This document shows, one piece after another, positions 45,140-51,466 of a stretch of DNA of 51,466 nucleotides (position 1 is the stretch's first letter; every line of letters starts with the position of its first letter). The notes under the pieces are model-generated. The model searched no databases. It was not told the DNA's origin and was given only the letters and a program-made list of their open reading frames with translations. Source of the DNA: a virus (taxonomy: Duplodnaviria > Caudoviricetes); the IMG/VR virus record IMGVR_UViG_3300033998_000199, positions 1-51,466 of that record, one strand, 5' to 3'. Both the position numbers and the translations under genes were made by a program.

Positions 45140-46942
45140 ATGGCTAACCCTGCAACTTTGGAAAAGGTCAATAAAAGGTATAACGCGGCAAAGGCCGCCA
45201 GGCGCGTTATCGACAGGGATATTAAGCTGAACATCGCTTTTTACACCGGCAGGCAGTGGGTGACTTACGATCCCAATTTTTGCAAAGTCATTGATTGGAC
45301 GCCGCCAAAGGGGAAACCTAAGTCCACTACCAACCTTATAAGGCCGGTAGTCCGTATTGAGTATGCAAAGCTGACACGCAACGACCCGGCTTTTAAGGTG
45401 GTCGCGACTACTGCCGACCAGGACGACATTGCCAAGGCTAAGATTTGCAGCCAGTTCCTGGAATACAAATGGGCCGTGGACAATTACGATGTGACGTGTA
45501 AAAACGCGCTCCTGTGGGCACTAGTTGGCGGTACGGCTTTCGTAAAGGTCTATTTCGATCCTAACGCCGGGCCGACTTTCAACGGTACTCCTCTCGGCGA
45601 TGTCGTGCTGGACTACTGTTCTCCCTTGGAAATGTTCGTAGACCCCTTTGCTAGAACGTTGGACGAGGCTTCGTGGGTTATCCATGCACGGGTGCGTCCG
45701 GTCGAATACGTCGAAATGAAGTACGGGGTTAAGGTTCCGGCAGAGCAAGTGGAGGGCCTGGCTACTGCTGGGTTTGGCGTTGATGGGCGCAGCACGACAG
45801 TTAATGAGGGGATGATCCCTGCCACTATCGTTAAGGAGTATTGGGAACGCCCGAACGCTGTCAACCCCAGAGGTTATTACGCAGTTGTGGCCGGGAACAA
45901 AGTTCTCTACGAATCAGAAAATCCATATGCGGACATTTGCCCGATACCGTTTGCGATGATGGTGCATATCCCCGTTCCTGGCCGGTTGTTTGGGGACTCT
46001 GTAGTTACAGATTTGCGGCAAATCAATGTTGTTTACAACAAACTAAAAGGTGACATTATTGAAAACACGTCCAAGATGACCAACCCACCGATAGTAGCTC
46101 CGGTGGGTTCGTTGTTGAAGGCACCGGAGTTTACTCCCGGTGAGATCATTTACTACAATCCTACGCTGCCGGGGAAGTTGGAGCAGTTTAAGCCGGAGCC
46201 TTACCCGCCGCAGGTGATGAACACACTGATCCGCTTGTTACAGGAGCGAGATGATGTCTCCGGCGTGAACGATGTGTCCCGTGGTATAGTCCCGCGTGGT
46301 GTGCGTTCTGGAGATGCTTTAGCTCACCTGTTGGAGCAGGACGAGACTCGCTTGGCCGTTACTGCTAGAGCTTACGAAAACATGATTGCTGCTGCTATGG
46401 AAATGGTGCTTAAACTGGCGCGGGCATTTTACGATGTGCCGCGCGTTATTCGTATTGTTGGCAGTAATAGCCAGCGAGAGGTGGCCTTGTTTAAGGCAGA
46501 AGACATTCCGGCGGATGCGGATGTCCACGTTGAGGCCGGTTCGACCCTACCGAAGTCCTTAGCACAACAACAGCAGTTCTTGCTCGATCTGTGGGACAGG
46601 CAGATTATTACCGATCCACGCTTGGTTGTCCGTCTTACTCATTACGGTACGCTTCAGGAGGTGTTCAGTGATGTAGAGCTTGATGCTTCCCAGGCGCAGC
46701 GCGAAAACGAGAGGTTGCGTGCTGGTGTTGAGGTTCCTGTGGAAGATTTCCATAATCACGTCATTCATATTGCGGAACACAACAGGTTCCGCAAGACGGT
46801 TGAATTCGAGCAATTGCCTCCAGAAAGGAGGGAACTCTTCAGACAGCATGTAGAGGCACACAAGCAATATTTGCAACAGGCATCAGGAGGTGAAGTAAAT
46901 GCCCCGCAAGAAAACGGAGGATCAGCAAATGTCTCCAGATGA
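45140..46942 (+). CDS. Portal protein (P22/podovirus-like)
   Basis: FYTGRQW, NLIRP, FVDP.A..LDEA.W, EYW, SGVNDVSRG..SGDA; about 600 aa, after the terminase. Confidence 0.9.
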   Translation: MANPATLEKVNKRYNAAKAARRVIDRDIKLNIAFYTGRQWVTYDPNFCKVIDWTPPKGKPKSTTNLIRPVVRIEYAKLTRNDPAFKVVATTADQDDIAKAKICSQFLEYKWAVDNYDVTCKNALLWALVGGTAFVKVYFDPNAGPTFNGTPLGDVVLDYCSPLEMFVDPFARTLDEASWVIHARVRPVEYVEMKYGVKVPAEQVEGLATAGFGVDGRSTTVNEGMIPATIVKEYWERPNAVNPRGYYAVVAGNKVLYESENPYADICPIPFAMMVHIPVPGRLFGDSVVTDLRQINVVYNKLKGDIIENTSKMTNPPIVAPVGSLLKAPEFTPGEIIYYNPTLPGKLEQFKPEPYPPQVMNTLIRLLQERDDVSGVNDVSRGIVPRGVRSGDALAHLLEQDETRLAVTARAYENMIAAAMEMVLKLARAFYDVPRVIRIVGSNSQREVALFKAEDIPADADVHVEAGSTLPKSLAQQQQFLLDLWDRQIITDPRLVVRLTHYGTLQEVFSDVELDASQAQRENERLRAGVEVPVEDFHNHVIHIAEHNRFRKTVEFEQLPPERRELFRQHVEAHKQYLQQASGGEVNAPQENGGSANVSR

Positions 46943-47660
46943 TTTGATTGGAACTGCTGCTACGGATCAAGAACCTGCTCCGGTGGCAGAAGCTCAGACA
47001 GAGCCAGCAGCGACCCAACCGGAAGATGACCCGGTGGCGATGCTGGCTACTTTGTTGGAAAGAGACCCCGAGCTTACTCGGAAGATAGCTGATTTGATTG
47101 AGCAACACTATGGAGGTGGAAACGTGAACGAACTTGGTGGTGTACCGCAAGCTGCTCCGACTGCTGCTCCGATGGGGGCTGTCAATGCTCAGCCTGCTAT
47201 GCCTACTCCTACTCCTCCAGTGCCTTCTGCTCCGACAGTAGTCCCGCCGGAACTTATGGAGCGCCTGAATCGGGTTGAGCAGGCCCAGGCGAACCTGGCT
47301 GTTGAGAAAGAGCTGGAGGAGGCCCGTAAAGAGTATGAAGCCCTTAAGGAGCAAATGCCAATCCTTCCCGAGCTTAACGATCAGGAGCTTATTCAGATTG
47401 CTATTGATCGCAACGGGCTACCCTTAAAAGACGCTCTAGCTCTTTGGGCTTGGCAGAAGATGCGCGAAGGTGAGGGGACGATCGCCGACCGCCTGATGGC
47501 AGCCATGATGAGCAAGTCCAAGGCGAAAGGGTTGCCTGCCGTGGAAGGTAAAGGCGGGATGGTTCCAAGCGGCGAGACTCCGCAAATCAATAGCATGAAA
47601 GACGCACGCAACATCGCTAAGGATAGGTTGCGTGCTTTGTTTTCTGCACCTGCTCAATAA
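46899..47660 (+). CDS. Putative scaffolding protein
   Basis: Acidic, Pro-rich, coiled-coil; between portal and capsid genes. Confidence 0.65.
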   Translation: MPRKKTEDQQMSPDDLIGTAATDQEPAPVAEAQTEPAATQPEDDPVAMLATLLERDPELTRKIADLIEQHYGGGNVNELGGVPQAAPTAAPMGAVNAQPAMPTPTPPVPSAPTVVPPELMERLNRVEQAQANLAVEKELEEARKEYEALKEQMPILPELNDQELIQIAIDRNGLPLKDALALWAWQKMREGEGTIADRLMAAMMSKSKAKGLPAVEGKGGMVPSGETPQINSMKDARNIAKDRLRALFSAPAQ

Positions 47661-47690
47661 CTAAAAAGTTAATTTTGGAGGTGTTGACTT

Positions 47691-48875
47691 ATGGCTTCCA
47701 ACATTGCCTACTACGAAAATGTGTTAAAGGAAGTTTATGCCCCTGCAATTGCTAAGGAGTTTATTCGTAATAAACCACTACTCGAAAAACTGGAGAAGTC
47801 TGCTGAGTACGCTGATTTGAGTGGTCGTTACTTCGCCCTGCCAGTAGCTCTCCTGGCTAACCAGGGCGTCGGTACGGCTGGTGAGCTTGATACCATTACT
47901 GCTCCTGTCCAGACCGTGTCCGCTATGGCGAAGTATTACAGCTTCATTCAGTGGGGCGTCTGCCGCCTGTCCGAGCGTGCTCTCAAGGCTTCAACCAGCT
48001 TTGAGGCGGCCTGGGAAAACCTCAAGAACTTCGAGTTCGCCAGTATCATCGAGATGCTGCGTCAGAACGTAAACCGTCAGCTTTACGGCGACGGTACCGG
48101 CAAGCTGGCTGCTTGCAGTGCGGCTACCAGCACAAATACTATCCCCGTAAGCAGCACCAAGTACCTCTTTGAGAATATGTACGTTGACATCATCAACGCG
48201 ACCACTGGTGCTGCCCTGGCTACCAACCGCCAGGTGACGGCTGTTAACCGTACCGCTGGTACTGTGACCATCGACGGCGCTGCTGTGACTACGACTACGG
48301 ATCATATTATCGTTCGTTCCGGTGCTTACAACAAGGAGTGGGATGGCTTGGCGAAGATCATCAAGTCTACCGGTGCCGTCGGCGGCATTGACCCGGCTAC
48401 ACCCGGCTACCAGAACTGGGCTGCTTACCTCGATACTACCGGCGGCGCTATCGGTATGCCGCTTGTGCAGAAGGCATTTGACGCTATCGAGTTAAACGGC
48501 GGTAAGGTAGACTTGATCGTAGCCTCGTACGGTGTCTACCGCGCAATGGCTAATTACATGGAGTCCATGAAGCGCATCCCGGTGGATGGTACTGTCAAGC
48601 TGGCTGGCGGCATGTCCGGTATGACCTGGAACGGTGTGGAGTGCTACAAAGACCAGGACTGCCCGAACGGTACAATGTACCTGATTGACTTCGACGCCAT
48701 CCAGATCGGTCAGATCGGTGAACCCGGCTGGCTAGACACCGGCGGTGTCGAAGGCGGTATTCTCCACTACATCCCGCGCAGCTTCACTTACGAGGCTACC
48801 TACTACCTCGACGGTAACCTCCTAACCATTCACCGAAACCGCTTGGCTGGTATCACCAACATCACCGAGGCGTAA
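47691..48875 (+). CDS. Major capsid protein
   Basis: 394 aa; NRQLYGDGTG, EWDGL..I, DQDCP..MY; strong GGAGG RBS. Confidence 0.85.
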   Translation: MASNIAYYENVLKEVYAPAIAKEFIRNKPLLEKLEKSAEYADLSGRYFALPVALLANQGVGTAGELDTITAPVQTVSAMAKYYSFIQWGVCRLSERALKASTSFEAAWENLKNFEFASIIEMLRQNVNRQLYGDGTGKLAACSAATSTNTIPVSSTKYLFENMYVDIINATTGAALATNRQVTAVNRTAGTVTIDGAAVTTTTDHIIVRSGAYNKEWDGLAKIIKSTGAVGGIDPATPGYQNWAAYLDTTGGAIGMPLVQKAFDAIELNGGKVDLIVASYGVYRAMANYMESMKRIPVDGTVKLAGGMSGMTWNGVECYKDQDCPNGTMYLIDFDAIQIGQIGEPGWLDTGGVEGGILHYIPRSFTYEATYYLDGNLLTIHRNRLAGITNITEA

Positions 48876-48891
48876 GGTGGTGGTACAGTAA

Positions 48892-49257
48892 ATGCGTTTA
48901 CCTGTTGAAACGCACGTGTTCGACATCCCGCAGCGTCTTAGGGAAATTGACCCGGCGCTGCGGGTTCTTTTCAACACAGATAAACAAACTTATGAGGTCT
49001 GGGGCCGTGATCTTCACGGCCCTTACCTTATGGCTTCCTTCCATGAGCTTGACCAGCGTGTTCTGACTGCTGTCCGACGCGGTTACTACATGGCACGAAG
49101 TACGGGTATGCCGTACCACGAACTGCTGCGGGAGCAGGAGCAAATTGATTACCGTGCTGAACAGGCTCGTTTTCAACGGTTAAGAGACATCGAGTACGGC
49201 ATCCGAGACGACCTGAAGTTCATGGGAAGGCCGGTGGTGCCGGGTGCAACTTTCTGA
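48892..49257 (+). CDS. Hypothetical protein
   Basis: DIPQRLREIDP motif; follows the capsid gene. Confidence 0.65.
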   Translation: MRLPVETHVFDIPQRLREIDPALRVLFNTDKQTYEVWGRDLHGPYLMASFHELDQRVLTAVRRGYYMARSTGMPYHELLREQEQIDYRAEQARFQRLRDIEYGIRDDLKFMGRPVVPGATF

Positions 49258-49843
49258 GCTTATTTCGGCAGTGCGTGACGAGGTTCAAGACCCGAACGCC
49301 GTGCGGTGGTCTGATGCAACCATTACCCGTTACCTGAATGACGCTCAGATGGATTTAGCACAAGTTTCTAAGAAGCTCAATTTGTGGACGCTTACGGTTG
49401 TTGCTGGGCAACAATCAATAGCCAAGCCCAGCGACTTGCTGGTTCCCAAATCCCTGTGGATGGAAATATCTACCTGGCGCTATCCGCTGGACATAAAGTA
49501 CGGTGTTCCACCGGAAAGCACCGTTGTTACGGGCGATCCGGTAGAGGCGTATTTCATGGGCAACAGCCTCTACTTCTACCCTATTCCCCAGCAAACTGGT
49601 ACGCTCTACATTTCTGGAACACAGCGCCCGACGGCGATGGTTAACCCTACAGATACGCCGACTATAGAGGATGCAGATAGCCTCTTAATTGCCTATGCTG
49701 CTTGGATGTGCTTCTTGTCTGATGGAGACCCGGCGGCGGCGATTAAAGAGGCTTGGTACAACCAGAAGAAGCTCGAATGGAGCATTTTAGACGCTCAGAA
49801 GAACCCAATGCCGGACAGGATCGACCGGACTTGGTGGTGGTAA
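49244..49843 (+). CDS. Head-tail adaptor (tail tubular protein A-like)
   Basis: LSELISAVRDEV..WSD..I.RYLN.AQ; YFYPIP; DTP. Confidence 0.75.
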   Translation: MQLSELISAVRDEVQDPNAVRWSDATITRYLNDAQMDLAQVSKKLNLWTLTVVAGQQSIAKPSDLLVPKSLWMEISTWRYPLDIKYGVPPESTVVTGDPVEAYFMGNSLYFYPIPQQTGTLYISGTQRPTAMVNPTDTPTIEDADSLLIAYAAWMCFLSDGDPAAAIKEAWYNQKKLEWSILDAQKNPMPDRIDRTWWW

Positions 49844-49844
49844 C

Positions 49845-50294
49845 ATGCCGAGGAAGAAAAATGTCACTGTTGGTGGTTACTTGTACCAAAAACTGGGCAA
49901 CTTCTCAGGTGGCCTCAACACGGACGACCCTGTCACTATTGGTGATGAAGACCTAGCAGTTGCTACCAACGTGGAATACACCAACGAGGGACGCGTCACG
50001 GTTCGTAAAGGTGCCAGAAAGCGTTTTGCAAGTGACTTTTCGGCTTCACCCGTACTTGGGTTGTCTCCTTACTACAAGTCTGATGGTACTACGAAGCTAA
50101 TTGTAGCATCTGGGACGGCACTTTATGCAGATAATCCTCATTTAGCTTTTGAGTACGACGCCCAAACCGATTGGCAACGGGACGGCGTTTACACTAACTT
50201 GGATGTCTTGTCTTCTCCTGGTGATGTTAAAATGTTTACTCCTCCCCAAGCTTCGTTTATTGGGACTCCTACCTATAGTACGGTTTGGATTTAG
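49845..50294 (+). CDS. N-terminal fragment of the nozzle (tail tubular protein B-like)
   Basis: FSGGLN..ATNVEY..G.V..RKG start typical of nozzle proteins, but only 149 aa. Confidence 0.65.
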   Translation: MPRKKNVTVGGYLYQKLGNFSGGLNTDDPVTIGDEDLAVATNVEYTNEGRVTVRKGARKRFASDFSASPVLGLSPYYKSDGTTKLIVASGTALYADNPHLAFEYDAQTDWQRDGVYTNLDVLSSPGDVKMFTPPQASFIGTPTYSTVWI

Positions 50295-50305
50295 GAGGGA
50301 TTTGG

Positions 50306-50692
50306 ATGGCCGGAATTAGCACTTACCTAGCAAATAAGTTACTTGATCATACTCTGAGGAACGTGGCCTATACTCCGCCTTCTACCGTTTATGTGGCGTT
50401 GTATACTACTAATCCGACGGCTAACGATACTGGTACAGAGGTGTCGGGCAGTGGTTATGCTCGGCAGCAGGCTACGTTCAACGTAGCTTCTGGCGGCACG
50501 ATTACCAATAATGTGGACATTGTTTTCCCGACCGCTACCGCGTCTTGGGGTACTGTTTCCTACGTGGGAATAAGAGACGCTTCTACTGGAGGTAACCTGC
50601 TTTACTATGCTCCGTTGAGCGTATCTAAGACTATTGACCAAGGAGACCAGTTGAAAATACCTGCTGGACAATTGAGTATTACGGTGGCTTAG
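50306..50692 (+). CDS. Tail structural protein
   Basis: STYLANKLLDH..YVALYT..EVSG.GYARQ..FPTATASWGT..DASTGGNLL. Confidence 0.75.
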   Translation: MAGISTYLANKLLDHTLRNVAYTPPSTVYVALYTTNPTANDTGTEVSGSGYARQQATFNVASGGTITNNVDIVFPTATASWGTVSYVGIRDASTGGNLLYYAPLSVSKTIDQGDQLKIPAGQLSITVA

Positions 50693-50708
50693 GTGGTGGT
50701 GGTAAGCA

Positions 50709-51466
50709 ATGCCACGTCTTAACGCTGCTAATAATGCCAGTACGGTGCTAGTACAGGCGTGTTCTTCTAGTGATACGACCATCTATGTGCAGGACGTGTC
50801 GAGATTTCCTGTTCCACCGTTTCGTATTACTGTAGATAATGAGATCATGGAAGTTGTTGCAGTAGACGCTAACCTCAAGACTTTTGCGGTTTCCCGTGCT
50901 CAGGAAGGTACTGTGGCTACTTCGCATGGCATCGGCGCTTCAGTAGAAAACCGCTGGACAGCAGGGACATTTGCGGAACTGGCAGACAAAGCGCAGGACG
51001 TAGACCCGAAGTTCGACGCCAGCACCGGCCACAAGCACTCCGGCGCGGCGGGAGACGCGCCTCCGGTGCCCTGGGCCAACGTGAGTGGCAAGCCAGCGCT
51101 TGTCGAGAACGCGGGTAACACACCTTCCATCCTCGCCGACACAGAAGCCAACCGTCCTGCCGCTGGAGTAGTTGGGCGCATCTTTATCGCCACGGATACC
51201 CAGCGAATATACCGGGACACCGGCACAGCATGGGTACTGGTAGGCGTAGTACAGTGGGCAGATGTAGCGAACAAGCCTTCGACGTTCCCACCCAGCGCCC
51301 ATAAATCCACCCATGCTTCTGGTGGCGCGGATGCTCTTACCCCGGCGGACATCGGGGCGGTGTCCAAGGCCGGGGATACGATGGTGGGAGATCTGGTTCT
51401 ACAACAGGCTGGACTAAAGTTCGACCCTGATTTAGTGCTGTATCGTGGCGGTACCGGTATTGGCAT
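50709..51466 (+). CDS. Tail fibre, N-terminal part (runs off the window end; not in ORF track)
   Basis: Hand translation MPRLNAANNASTVL..VSRAQEGT..GHKHSG..WADVANKPSTFPPSAH..ADIGAVSKAGDTM; open to the end. Confidence 0.85.
   Translation, partial: MPRLNAANNASTVLVQACSSSDTTIYVQDVSRFPVPPFRITVDNEIMEVVAVDANLKTFAVSRAQEGTVATSHGIGASVENRWTAGTFAELADKAQDVDPKFDASTGHKHSGAAGDAPPVPWANVSGKPALVENAGNTPSILADTEANRPAAGVVGRIFIATDTQRIYRDTGTAWVLVGVVQWADVANKPSTFPPSAHKSTHASGGADALTPADIGAVSKAGDTMVGDLVLQQAGLKFDPDLVLYRGGTGIG

Larger units (their letters stand above)
1..51466. mobile_element. Temperate podovirus-like phage genome, circularly permuted, excised form
   Basis: Full set of packaging, head, short-tail, lysis, replication, cI/cro, integrase and attP modules; no host housekeeping genes; tail fibre ORF runs off the right end and a fibre C-terminus starts at the left end. 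Confidence 0.92.

Noticed and set aside
50900-51466. Minus-strand 188 aa ORF and other antisense ORFs in the track
   Set aside because: Shadows of well-supported genes on the opposite strand
1-51466. Stop-codon reassignment
   Set aside because: Long genes are intact under the standard code; all three stop codons are used; no suppressor tRNA seen

Overview
The window appears to be a complete, circularly permuted ~51.5 kb temperate phage genome, shown in its excised state with an intact attP. The likely host is a Bacillota (Firmicutes) bacterium, plausibly a Clostridia-type anaerobe. This is inferred from the SLH and copper-amine-oxidase-N domains, sigmaA promoters and strong GGAGG ribosome-binding sites. 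Morphogenesis looks podovirus-like: terminases, portal, scaffold, major capsid, adaptor, nozzle, fibres and ejection-type proteins, with no tape measure, tail tube or sheath. Modules in order: late tail/ejection genes (1-9 kb); an antisense moron; an unusual late block (PurD-like ATP-grasp, papain-like peptidase, amidase-SLH endolysin, AdoMet decarboxylase, holin, phosphoesterase); a leftward replication/recombination operon (SNF2-like helicase, PD-(D/E)XK nuclease, AAA_24 ATPase, SSB, RuvC-like, UDG-PolA fusion); cro/cI/int/attP (tRNA-Thr 3' half)/xis; a leftward early operon of small unknown genes; an iteron origin with a TOPRIM-Zn finger-helicase gene; and the packaging/head operon (38.6-51.5 kb), which wraps round to position 1. 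The two most unusual signals are non-coding. (1) A ~790 nt stretch behind a near-consensus sigmaA promoter (37740-38560) is built of about ten back-to-back, self-closing structured RNA modules, two of them deviant tRNA mimics. (2) The hexamer UACAUA, which contains the Firmicute MazF site UACAU, sits in transcript orientation in intergenic linkers and RNA-array linkers, usually just before a hairpin. By manual scan it is absent from the sense strand of confidently coding DNA, suggesting programmed processing by a sequence-specific endoribonuclease. All calls come from reading the sequence by eye; no searches or folding programs were run.
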